From Trichomonas gallinae (taxonomy: Eukaryota), in NCBI GenBank assembly GCA_008369845.1, contig MRSU01010652.1, forward strand, positions 1 to 33,996: a stretch of DNA of 33,996 nucleotides, read 5' to 3'. Positions 20,563 through 31,047 of the stretch are shown one piece after another (position 1 is the first letter of the stretch; the number at the start of each line of letters is the position of its first letter). The notes under the pieces were generated by a model. That model saw only the letters and a program-made list of their open reading frames with translations, was not told where the DNA came from and searched no databases. Both the position numbers and the translations under genes were made by a program.

Positions 20563-21241
20563 TTTATTTCTTTGTTTTTGTTTGTTTATGTTGCATTTTT
20601 ATGCTTGATTAAATATATATGATCTATATTTAAGTCGGAAAACCCTATTTGGATACTTTTAGATAGGTTACTTTGATTTGTTTCATTAATTAGAGTTATA
20701 ATACAAAAGAACTATAGATAAAATAGCATTATGATATATTGAAAATTAAATATGCCGTAATCTCAACTAATTCTTGTGATTTTGTAAATTTTATGTTGAA
20801 TACTATATGATTTCATGATCCTGATGTTGTCAGCAAATAAAATATTTTGTGAACGTTGCATAGCTATGATAAGCCTCGAATAAACTATAAATCTGCAATA
20901 TATAGACGAACGTAATACATAACAAGTGTTACTACTATATCTTTCCCGGTGGAAAAAAATATGAGGAAATTAAATTAATAAATTTGGAGGCCACTATAGG
21001 CACAAATCTGTTTACAAACAAACAAAATACATATCTAAGATATCTCAGGTAATAACTGTGGAAAAATTAAAATGTCAATTGCAAGTTGATTTGAAAGACT
21101 AGTAGAGGAATGTATAAGTCAAGGCCTTCTACATGTAGATATAGTCACCAATCAAGATGTCATGAATGAATTAAAAATATAGGAAATCCTTAAATGATAT
21201 TCAGCAAAAGAGTATTATCTGAGAATATAATGATAAATGCC

Positions 21242-21541
21242 TTATAGGATTGACTCTGTAGATATCTCAGATACTTCATCTAACTTCCTATGAGAATTAC
21301 CTGGATCTTGTCTTCGTGTGTAAATAAACAAGTAAACAACAAGCGACAATATCAGAGCACCTGCGACTAAAGTTGTATAAGTAACCTTTCTAGGTAAAAT
21401 ACGATTCATCGAGGAAATACCAATCAAAATGAAACCGAGAGTCAGCAAAGAGAAATATGTTTTAGCAGATACACCGCCCCTTTTCTTCTTATCCTCGTCT
21501 TCAACGAATGTTCTAACGAAGTCTTCGTAACTCGGGTTCAT
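21242..21541 (-). CDS. Small hypothetical two-TM membrane protein
   Basis: 99 aa with two hydrophobic segments (YFSLLTLGFILIGI; TLVAGALILSLVVYLFIY) flanked by charged termini. GC is higher than the flanks; TCAT abuts the ATG. Confidence 0.72.
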   Translation of the reverse strand: MNPSYEDFVRTFVEDEDKKKRGGVSAKTYFSLLTLGFILIGISSMNRILPRKVTYTTLVAGALILSLVVYLFIYTRRQDPGNSHRKLDEVSEISTESIL

Positions 21542-22529
21542 ATGAAAATAATAAATAAAAATTTTACGATCAGGAGGTTTTTTTATACTTTATAAAATCT
21601 TGTTTAATATAAGATAATAAAAAGACTTTCGAAAAAATATTATAACGGTCATGATCGGGAAAAAAATTTTGCTGATTTTACGGGCGTAACAGCAACTTAA
21701 AATGTTTTATAAATTATCACCATGTGATATATGACTATTTTTATTTTATGAATTTGGGGAAAAAATAATCGATAATTCATTTTGATCCAATTTTTGTCAC
21801 GTTTTTTCTGGTTAAATCAATAGATTAATAATATTAGTATTCTATAGTTTTATTGTTATGCATGGCCCAACCTTTGTGAGATTTTTAATGAACAAAATGA
21901 AAAATTCTTACTAGTTCACAAATGTGATTTTATTGGTCTGAGAAATTGAATCCTCGCTCATCTAAAAGTATAATATGCTTATTAAATATGAGAGTAACTA
22001 AATTATCGGTATGGGATATTCAAATTTTAGATTTTTCTGAAATGCTCAATTATTTTTTACTTCAAACTGATTTTGAGTCAAGTTTTTCATAATACAGTGT
22101 ATTTTAGTTCAATAGATTCAGAGTTTAGTCTCGATTATGGATTTTAAGAAACTTTGTTTGGAAATTATAGAAAATCATTTTTGAAATATGGTTGTAATGT
22201 TTGATTAACAATATGTATCAATACATTATCGAAAATTCAATATGCAATGTTGAGTGAATTGAAATAAAAGCATATACGTGACTGGAATTTAGGTCAAAAT
22301 ATATAAATACTTGATAATATCAATAAAGTAACACTACATTTTGATACCACATAGTTATTTAATTACATTATTTATAATAAATGAATAACTCTGCAGTTCT
22401 ACAATATTCATTACTAATTTTGGAAAGGTTAAAGCAAGATGTTGGTGTTTACAAATATAAAGTATCAACATAGTGAATATATTTACAATAATACAAACAA
22501 TAATATACGCATAAAATATAAAACCAAGA

Positions 22530-23585
22530 TTATCCGTTGATTTCGGCAACTTCATCCCTTTCTACATTAATGAAAAAGGATGCAATATATGTGAAAATTC
22601 TTGACAGGTTGATGTTGTTATCTGCTGGCTCTTCATTCTTGAATTGGATTAATTGAAAATTACAATTGTGTCTTTTGATTCTTTTCGTTTTGTCCAAAGT
22701 TAGGGTCTCTATTTTAGAGCCAACTTTCAAGTACGCAGCGATGTTTTGACTTAATTCATAATTCGATGAAGAAAAAACAGTCATTACCTTTCCATTATGT
22801 GTGATATCAATTCCTTCATGGAAGCATTGATGTCCTCTGATGATATATGAGAATGAATTCAAAGTTAGAAATTTCAGAGTTGTATTTTGACCGAATTCAC
22901 ATCCTATTCCTCTGTCACCCTGCACAAAACCATTGCAAAAGTTAGATGGGTCACTCCAAAGAAGATCATTAACTGGTTTTGTTATTTGGTGGATTGGTAA
23001 CTTGATCGCTTCCATATCTTCAATTTTCTGTAATTGAGGTGATATTCCTCCATGTACGCAAAATATAGATTTGTTGATGACCGCAGCTATCGGCAAGTAG
23101 TCGAAAACATCATTAAACTTATCCCAGAGCTGCGTGTTTGGATAAACGTACTGAATATCTGTTTTAAAACCGTAATAATCATTTGTGTCTCGTATTTCGT
23201 GGTTTCCTCTTAATAAAAATACGTTGTCCGGAAATAGATTACGCATAGCGAGTAGTAATGATATGACTTCTATTGAGAATTCGCCTCTGTCTACATAATC
23301 GCCTAAGAACAAATAGTATCTTTTAGGTGGGAGACCGTTAATTATGAATATTCGTAATAAATCGTGAAGATTACCGTGGATATCCCCAATAATGACGCAC
23401 TTACCACGATACCTTATAACAGATTTTGCCGTTTTAAAGCTTTCTAGGCTTTCATTAAGTAGTAGGTTGATCAAATCTGGCTCAAACGCAGGTATAGCAA
23501 TGGTTATTCCGATGTACTTAACTGTCTTGAGCTGCAAATTGAACAAATGCATGTAACTATCATAGATAAGACGCGAAGCATTCAT
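22530..23585 (-). CDS. PPP-family Ser/Thr protein phosphatase (PP1-like, trichomonad expanded type)
   Basis: GDIHG, GDYVDRG, LRGNHE, CVHGG, LLWSDP, IRGHQ, TVFSSSNY. First ATG at 23585 (MNASRLI). Confidence 0.95.
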   Translation of the reverse strand: MNASRLIYDSYMHLFNLQLKTVKYIGITIAIPAFEPDLINLLLNESLESFKTAKSVIRYRGKCVIIGDIHGNLHDLLRIFIINGLPPKRYYLFLGDYVDRGEFSIEVISLLLAMRNLFPDNVFLLRGNHEIRDTNDYYGFKTDIQYVYPNTQLWDKFNDVFDYLPIAAVINKSIFCVHGGISPQLQKIEDMEAIKLPIHQITKPVNDLLWSDPSNFCNGFVQGDRGIGCEFGQNTTLKFLTLNSFSYIIRGHQCFHEGIDITHNGKVMTVFSSSNYELSQNIAAYLKVGSKIETLTLDKTKRIKRHNCNFQLIQFKNEEPADNNINLSRIFTYIASFFINVERDEVAEING

Positions 23586-24274
23586 CGAAAAAATTAATCT
23601 TGTTTTTTTGAGAACTGTCAAAAATTTTGATACATTTTTAACCTTTTTATTATTCGCAAACTATTGACAAAACACAGATAATTTTGACTTTTTTGGGTTT
23701 TGCTCTTTTTGACTTATTTTTTGACTATTAGGGTATTATATGATTATAATAATTGATTGGGTTAAATTTGATAATTTCGACCTTTTCAATTTTTGAAAAT
23801 GTGTGTTCATCATTTTGTGATGTTTACGAATTTTTACTAAACAAATAGATATAATATAGCATGGGATCAAAAATGAAAAACAACGAATATTTGAAATCTA
23901 AAAAGTTTGTAACTAAAAAATTATCAAATTTATCTGATTTTTAAAAAATGCATTCAAATTGATGATTTTGAAAGTTATTAAATCGAGTATTTTATACTAT
24001 AATTGGATTATTTTAGGCGTACTTATTTAAAAATACAAATTTCATATCAATTTAACATTTTGCAATTATGATTTCATTACATTTCACATTATTTAATTAA
24101 TGCTCAAGTATAGCACGCTTATTTGATGAAACAGATGAAATTATTTCCAAAATTTGTATTTTCAAAATAAAAAAGAGAAAATACTAAAAATATAGTAATT
24201 TACCGTAAAAAGATTGTTTAATAAATGATTGATAGATTTTATAATAAAAATCCCATTCTAATTGATAAGGATTC

Positions 24275-25204
24275 TTATGGGGATGGAGCCTTCAAGTCGA
24301 ATTCGCTTGGAAGGAATCTTGGGCAAACGTTCTCGTTTGTTGAGATGACGGAAGAAGCAAGGCGTGTTGCGATCTGGCAAGAATCACCTAAGCCCTTGCC
24401 GTATGTAAGGCCGATAGCAATACCAGCGAAGAAGGCATCACCTGCACCTGTTGTATCCATAACTGGAACGTTAAGAGCTGGGCAGTAGCCAAAGGTTCCC
24501 TGATTATCAGCGTAAACGGCACCCTTGGCACCCATTGTAACAACCATCTTACGGATGTTAGCTGTTTTGAGGTGTCCAGAAAGGTTTTCAGCGAACTTCA
24601 TTGGTTCCATTTCTGAGAAATCGCAGTAGAACAAAAGACCAGCTTCTTCAATGTTGCAAACAAGGCATCCTGTTCTGACGACGAGGTCACGGCGTTCTAA
24701 GGCGATGGCCATGTTAGAAACAACAGCGTAGATCTCCTTATTGTGCTTCTGAGCAAGGCTGAAGAGCTTCTTGAGGATTGGGGCTTCCATATCAATTTCA
24801 ACAGCAATGCTATCGCAGTTGGAAACGATTTCATCACCCTTTTCATTCAAAACATCCATGATAGCGGAGAGATCTGGACGCTTTGAGATGGATGCGACGA
24901 CATCACCAGTGTTGTCGAAGATGGCAAGCCATGTGCCGAGGCCATCCTTCTGTCTAACGATGTAATCTGTGTTGACAACGTGCTGTTTGAGTCTAGCAAT
25001 AACGTCATCACCAAGTGGGGAGTCATCGACGACACTCAAGTAGACTGGGCGGAGTTCAACGTTAGCAATGTCTTCAACAACGTTACGGGAGACACCACCA
25101 TGAACTTGGACAATGCGGCCAGCGTTTCTGCCATTTGGAACATAGTTTCCAAGTGGGTAGCCCTTGATATCTACGAAAGAGGCACCAACTACTACAATAC
25201 CCAT
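24275..25204 (-). CDS. PfkB/ribokinase-family carbohydrate kinase, bacterial type
   Basis: Start MGIVVVGASFVD (ATG 25204). Motifs GGVSRNV, NIEEA (NxxE), VVTMGAKGA and DTTGAGDAF (anion hole and catalytic Asp). 309 aa. Confidence 0.95.
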   Translation of the reverse strand: MGIVVVGASFVDIKGYPLGNYVPNGRNAGRIVQVHGGVSRNVVEDIANVELRPVYLSVVDDSPLGDDVIARLKQHVVNTDYIVRQKDGLGTWLAIFDNTGDVVASISKRPDLSAIMDVLNEKGDEIVSNCDSIAVEIDMEAPILKKLFSLAQKHNKEIYAVVSNMAIALERRDLVVRTGCLVCNIEEAGLLFYCDFSEMEPMKFAENLSGHLKTANIRKMVVTMGAKGAVYADNQGTFGYCPALNVPVMDTTGAGDAFFAGIAIGLTYGKGLGDSCQIATRLASSVISTNENVCPRFLPSEFDLKAPSP

Positions 25205-25597
25205 TAAAAAATAATGCCAAAGATGAAGGGTTTTTTTAACACAAATTTTGAGAACCGAATTGGTCATGTAAAGAAATCAGTATTTAACAGCTCATTAAAT
25301 GCAGCAAAATTACTAAAATGTTGTTCGTGGATAAAAATTAAATTCTGTGGATTGAATCCGCCTTTTCAATTAATTCAAAATATTTTTTTTGAATTAAAAT
25401 TATGTCCTAGGATAAAGTCGCCTTTAGAATCGCTTTATACTGCAAATAAGGCTTTAGTATGAATTTATGTGGAACCGTGAGTTCCTCATATCTCTTATAC
25501 TGTTTACGGTAAATGTCGAATATATTTTTCATTTTGGATTTCCTTATTTTGGCTCATTCTTATCTTTTTTCTCCTTCTTTTCCATATTCTCCTCTTT

Positions 25598-26034
25598 CTT
25601 ATTTAGGCTCTTCTTTCCATTTTTGTTCTGAGTTTATTTTGAGTTTGTCTCGATTTTTCATTTTTTTTTCTTGTAATTTTTCTCACTCTCTTCCTTCTTT
25701 TATCCCAATTTCTTATTCAAACTCTTCTTTCCATTTTAGTTCTTTGCTTTTTTGGAGAATTTCGAATTTTTTTTTTTTTTATCTTTTTCTGCTTCTCTTC
25801 CTTCTTTTTGGTCTTACTTATCTAATTTCTTCTTTCTTTTTGAGTTCTCTTCTCCTTTTATCAAAATTTTTCTTTTCAAATCTTTTTCTCCTTCTTTTCA
25901 TTCTTTTCTTACTATTTCTTATTTAAATTCTTCTTCTCATTGTTGTACTTTTCTTTTTTGGATAATGACGACTTTTTAATTATTATCATTTCTTTCTTAT
26001 CTTTCTTCATTCTTATTTAATTTCTTCTTTCCAT
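25598..26034. repeat. Five degenerate ~100-bp pyrimidine-rich tandem repeats
   Basis: 23-nt core CTTATTTAA(A/T)TTCTTCTTTCCAT-like at 25598, 25712, 25817, 25918 and 26012 (period 114, 105, 101, 94). Extreme T/C strand skew. Confidence 0.7.
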
Positions 26035-26784
26035 TTTTGTTTCTCTTTCTTTTTTCAAAATATAAAAATATTATGAATTCCATCATATATCTTACGTATA
26101 GATGTTTACAAACACATAGAGTATCAGTTAATAATAATAAACTGGTTTGGGAATTAGTTTATAATTCGAAAAATGGAGAATTTAAATTTTGACATTGTAA
26201 AATAGTCTTTTGACATCTCATACTTTATATGTCAAAATGTCAAAATTTTACACTTTATAAAATATCAAATGAGAAGCTTAAAAACATATACTATGTTTGA
26301 AATGTATTTTAAATTCATGACTAAAAAGTCTCGATTTAGATGTTATAAAATCATTTAGATAAACATATATCAATGTTTTCCTGCGAGTTATAAAGTAATA
26401 AAGGTTAATTTTATATTTGTACATATATACGATGCTAATCATTAGCTAATTTGAATAAGACTGGAGAAAGTTGTAACAATCACCGCGTATCACACATTTG
26501 GGAAAAATACTGAGATAGCAATAAATTTAACTAAATAATATGATGATAGCATTGATTAAGTATATCATCTTCCGGTTATGCATGCCATTAGTCGTAAAAT
26601 TCACCCAAATTTATCAAAATCAAATAGTCAACTACATCAGAAGAAAAATTTAAAAACTATATTTTTTCATAATAATAGAGTATATATCAATAGATGCGAC
26701 TAAAAACAACAAAATTTTTGAAAATTTCGACTAATTTTTTAGTTGGATTTTTTTTTCGTTTTTATTTTTTTTTCAGAGTTTTCA

Positions 26785-28503
26785 ATGATAAGAGAAGAAT
26801 TTTATCCATTTTTCAGTAGAGCGGGAATCTCGCGTGAGCAAATGAATGCATATAGTGAGACAGAATTTCAGAATACTCTATGCACTCTTCTTGATGCCGA
26901 TTATGAGCCTGAAGTTCCTCCAGCAAGGAGAGCAGGACCAGCTGGAAGAGCTCCAAGATATGATAGAAATGAGTTTGGGAATGGTGGATTAAGTGAAGAT
27001 GAAGCTTTGCAAAAAGCATTAGATGCTTCAATCGATGATATGCTTGTTGCTCCTCATCTTCGCGCTCCTCCGGATCCAAGAAATGAAATTCATCATGCAA
27101 ATATGTATCCTCCGCATAGAGAATTGTATAGACTAAATCATTTGGGCGGGGTTCCTAAAGAATTACAGCCTAAACCAACACCACTACCTGCACCAACAAG
27201 AAAAATATCACATGAACCATCCTCAAGTCATTCATCTCGATCAAATCAAAATGTTCATCTAAATTATCATAATCCACCACCAAAACCAGCAGCAAAAAAG
27301 ACTACACAAACACCAGCATTGCATACAAAGCCGAAAGAAACAGCAATACAAGCACAAGAAAAACCAGCAAAATATGAAACTGTTGTTTATCGACCTAGAA
27401 AGCCAAGACAGCCAACAACTGATATAAGATTAAACGTAAGACCAGCTCCAAGACAAACCGCTGCACCAAAGAAAGAAAAGAATTTCGCAGATATGATGGA
27501 TGCCGAATATCAAAGGAGAGACAGCGCTAGGGTTCCCTCTGCACGCAATTCTGGAATGAACTCACAAAAATCAACTAAATCTAAAATTCCAGAAAGTAAA
27601 CCAGAAAAGAAGAAAGAAAACGTATCTGGACGTGCCATTAGGTCTCCAGTTACTGATAGTTTGCCAGAATTGCCGAATATCGATGATATTCCGAAATTGA
27701 TTCATGACGAATTCGATATTGACGAAGATACAGAACGCAGACTTCTTAACAAACCAAGCAATAAACCAACAGCACCACTGAAAGCTCCCAGCAGAAGGAC
27801 AACAAATATTGATATTCCCGAAGTTAAATCTAAGCCTTCTAAACCATCATATGAATCAAAGCCGACATCTGCAAAATCATCGGATATAGAACCAGAATCA
27901 ATTCGTAATGAACCAGAAATTAAGAATAGATATGAGCCAGCTTACATTCCACAAAGGATTCAAGAGGCTCCAAAACCAGAACCGCCGAAACCAGCTCCTC
28001 AGCGTCTTCCAGAACCAGTTTCAGTTCCAGAATTCAGAGATAAAGAAAAACCAAAGCCAATACAAACTCCAGTGCAGCTCACAAGCTCACAGGAGCTCAG
28101 AAATCTCCAAGATTTGCAATACGAGCAGCTCGTTAGAGAAGCAGAAGAAAAAGCAGCTGAAGAAGAAAGACAGAGAAGGGAAGAAGAGGAAAGACAAAGG
28201 AAAGAAGAGCAAGAGAAGCAAAACTCTGAGAATAGATTGCAGAGGATACTCGCTAGGATGCCTCCTGAGCCTGCAGATGGTCTTCCTCTCGCTGTAAACT
28301 TAAATGGAAAAAGAATTCAGAGAAAATTCTTGGCGACACAGCTTGCACAAGATGTTTATGCATGGGTTGCTTCTGAAAGTGAAGAATATAAGCTCGATTC
28401 TTTCGAATTATCTTGCATGGGACAACCACCTCTTAAAATGGATGAAACACTCGAAGCACAAAACATAAAAGGCAGAACAATGTTATCAATCGTAGAATTA
28501 TAA
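26785..28503 (+). CDS. UBX-domain protein with UIM, Pro-rich linker and coiled coil (FAF1/UBXD8-like C-terminus)
   Basis: UIM SEDEALQKALDASI. Coiled coil ELRNLQDLQYEQLVREAEEK...EEE. C-terminal UBX PPEP...NGKRIQRKF...DVYAWV...FEL...TLEAQNI. First ATG at 26785. Confidence 0.88.
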   Translation: MIREEFYPFFSRAGISREQMNAYSETEFQNTLCTLLDADYEPEVPPARRAGPAGRAPRYDRNEFGNGGLSEDEALQKALDASIDDMLVAPHLRAPPDPRNEIHHANMYPPHRELYRLNHLGGVPKELQPKPTPLPAPTRKISHEPSSSHSSRSNQNVHLNYHNPPPKPAAKKTTQTPALHTKPKETAIQAQEKPAKYETVVYRPRKPRQPTTDIRLNVRPAPRQTAAPKKEKNFADMMDAEYQRRDSARVPSARNSGMNSQKSTKSKIPESKPEKKKENVSGRAIRSPVTDSLPELPNIDDIPKLIHDEFDIDEDTERRLLNKPSNKPTAPLKAPSRRTTNIDIPEVKSKPSKPSYESKPTSAKSSDIEPESIRNEPEIKNRYEPAYIPQRIQEAPKPEPPKPAPQRLPEPVSVPEFRDKEKPKPIQTPVQLTSSQELRNLQDLQYEQLVREAEEKAAEEERQRREEEERQRKEEQEKQNSENRLQRILARMPPEPADGLPLAVNLNGKRIQRKFLATQLAQDVYAWVASESEEYKLDSFELSCMGQPPLKMDETLEAQNIKGRTMLSIVEL

Positions 28504-29070
28504 TCGAAAAATTGTTTGTATTTTTTTAAAACTATTTATGTAATTATTTCTTTAACCATTGATATCACCTCATTGAACCTGATAATTTTTTAAACTTTTT
28601 ATATATTTTTCTTGTATTATTTTATTTTTTATAAAATATTGAAATCTGTTTCAATGTCATCTAAATTTGTAATGTTTATATGCTGATTATCATTTTACAT
28701 CATATGATTATGAGATAAAACAAATAAAATGATTTATCAAAATGAATCTGTATGTTCGATCAAGTTTTGGAATATGTTTATAGAATAATATGATTGTATA
28801 ATATAAGGATACCGACATACAACGATATGTTGTCCGTTACATTTTTGTTGGAACCTAAATTTGAAAATTTTTTCACGCAAAAACAGATTTAGATCATATC
28901 ATGTTATACTATAATACAATGCGACTCGGTGCGATTGCGTAGATTTGTAAACAAAAGATCACCGGGTTCTGTGAAGTTATCAAAAATCTGAAAACCAAAT
29001 AATATTGCTGCATATTATATATACACACCATTTATAACATTTTTAAATCAAAAAATTTTGTCAATTTTTT

Positions 29071-31047
29071 ATGTCAAATAAAATGATTGTGCGGATCTTA
29101 ACTAAACTTGCAGAAGTCGACGACAACGGGATGCAAAGTAATGAGATGGAGGAGATAGTTGCTGATGATATAGAAGATTTCATAAAGGATGAAAATTTCG
29201 AAAAACTATCTTCAAAATGCATATTAAGGATAATTAAACTTAGACCTTCTATATCTTCATCGTGTGCATTAACTATTTCCAAAATAGTTGGTGAGAAAAA
29301 TCAAGATGATTTAATCGAGTTATTGAAAATAATACATATAAACGATGGATACTCATCGAATATCCTTGAGATACTTAAATGTATTACAAATATGCCAGTT
29401 TTATCCTTAGCTTTAGCGAATTTACAGCCAAGCCAAATTAAAAATGATAAACTACAAGAATTACAGCCAGTAGAAGATAATAAACAAGCTAATAATGAGG
29501 TAATTACACCAATACAGCCACAAGATCAAGAAATTCCAAAACAAGAAAATTCTCATAACGAAATTTCACCGACATCCGATCCTGTTATCGATCTCATTGA
29601 TAGTGTTGACGTGCAAAAATCACCGAAAAAGTCCGATTCTGATTCACTTTCGTTCTCTGAAGATGAACCGACATCAGGACCTCAAATTGACGATGAATTC
29701 GTCATCACAGTTGGTCCACCAGTCTACAAGAGTGCTGCTGCTGATCTTACAAGCGATACATCTGATTTCAATCCTTACATGACATTAAACAAGACAATCA
29801 TATCATCTCAGAGTGAGTACAATTCAGGAAATAATCCAAAAGAAAGTATACGCGGAGCTCTTAAGATAGATCCTGTTATTTCACATGCTCAACAATCAAT
29901 TGAGCCAATTCCGCCACATGCTGCCGGTATTCCACCAGTTTATCCATCAGGTGAGCTTTATCCTGAACCAAATTACGAAATTCCTGACAATACAGATTTA
30001 TATAAAAATACAGCATCAACAATCGTAGAAACGGTCAAAATTATGCCTTTCCAGGCTCCACCACCTCAATTACCACCATCGCCTGAAGTTGTTCCATGCC
30101 AAGACATTTTCGAAGCTGCTTCTAAAGGAAATGTCGAGGAATTGAGAAGATTCATACAAGAAAGAGTAAATCCAATGTCAACAGATAAGAATGGCTGGAC
30201 TCCTTTGCATCATTGCGGTGTAAATGGAAACATGCAGTGCGTGAAAGAACTGCTTAAATGCGAAACTGTTAATGTCATTGCATTAACAAACTGCGGGCAG
30301 ATGCCAATCCACATTGGAGCACTACGTGGGCATTACGAGTTCGTTGCTTATCTGCTGAACAGGGGTTCAGACATCGACACGCCAGATCTAGAAGGATTCA
30401 CGCCTCTGATGTATGCATGCGAAGGAGGAAACGAAAAAATCGTGAATATCTTGATTTACGCTGGCGCAAAAGTCAACACTTCAACGCCAAATGGCTTGAC
30501 ACCATTGAATATTGCTGCACGTGCTCAGAGTGCAGAGTGCATTGACAGTTTATTGAAGTCGAAAGCGAAAGTTGAGCCATCAAAGAATGCCTTGCTTTCT
30601 CCATTCTATATTTCTGTGTGCAAGAATGATATAAAGAGCGCGAAACTGCTTCTTGAGAATGGTGCTAATGTTAATTCTCAAGATAAGAAGCGTGTTGCGC
30701 CAATACACATTGCAGCAGAGGAAGGAAATGTGGAGATGATCAAGCTTATCTTATCGAAGGGCGGAAAAATTGAGCTCGTAAACAAAGCAAAAGAGAGGCC
30801 TCTGTTTATTGCTGCAAAATGCGGACACGTCGAAGCTGTGAAAGCTTTGATCGAATTAGGAGCAAATGTTGATGCACAACAAGAGAATGGAAACACACCA
30901 CTCCATATTGCTGTCATCTCTCAGAACTTAGAAATTGTCAAACTTCTTCTTGAAGCAAACGCAAACCAGAAGATTAAGAATAAGAAGAGAAAGTATCCAA
31001 AGGATATCCCAACAACCAGAGAAATCTCACATTTGCTTGCGAAGTGA
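29071..31047 (+). CDS. Ankyrin-repeat protein (~9 C-terminal repeats)
   Basis: GWTPLH, GFTPLMYA, GLTPLNIAA, GNTPLHIAV and similar repeats. Helical N-terminal domain (IVADDIEDFIKDENF) and acidic/Pro-rich linker. The exact start is uncertain (29071, 29083 or 29131). Confidence 0.93.
   Translation: MSNKMIVRILTKLAEVDDNGMQSNEMEEIVADDIEDFIKDENFEKLSSKCILRIIKLRPSISSSCALTISKIVGEKNQDDLIELLKIIHINDGYSSNILEILKCITNMPVLSLALANLQPSQIKNDKLQELQPVEDNKQANNEVITPIQPQDQEIPKQENSHNEISPTSDPVIDLIDSVDVQKSPKKSDSDSLSFSEDEPTSGPQIDDEFVITVGPPVYKSAAADLTSDTSDFNPYMTLNKTIISSQSEYNSGNNPKESIRGALKIDPVISHAQQSIEPIPPHAAGIPPVYPSGELYPEPNYEIPDNTDLYKNTASTIVETVKIMPFQAPPPQLPPSPEVVPCQDIFEAASKGNVEELRRFIQERVNPMSTDKNGWTPLHHCGVNGNMQCVKELLKCETVNVIALTNCGQMPIHIGALRGHYEFVAYLLNRGSDIDTPDLEGFTPLMYACEGGNEKIVNILIYAGAKVNTSTPNGLTPLNIAARAQSAECIDSLLKSKAKVEPSKNALLSPFYISVCKNDIKSAKLLLENGANVNSQDKKRVAPIHIAAEEGNVEMIKLILSKGGKIELVNKAKERPLFIAAKCGHVEAVKALIELGANVDAQQENGNTPLHIAVISQNLEIVKLLLEANANQKIKNKKRKYPKDIPTTREISHLLAK

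Noticed and set aside
22355..22555. Hydrophobic 66-aa ORF overlapping the phosphatase stop
   Set aside because: Most simply the U-rich 3' UTR read in another frame.
25513..25979. Phe/Ser/Leu-rich plus-strand ORFs
   Set aside because: Artefacts of the pyrimidine-rich repeat.
25598..26034. CRISPR-like repeat-spacer appearance
   Set aside because: Eukaryotic context, degenerate cores, low-complexity related spacers and no cas genes.
29089..29113. 25-nt GT...ACTAA...CAG candidate short intron in the ankyrin gene
   Set aside because: The donor GTGCGG is off-consensus, splicing would shift the frame into a stop, and the unspliced frame is open.
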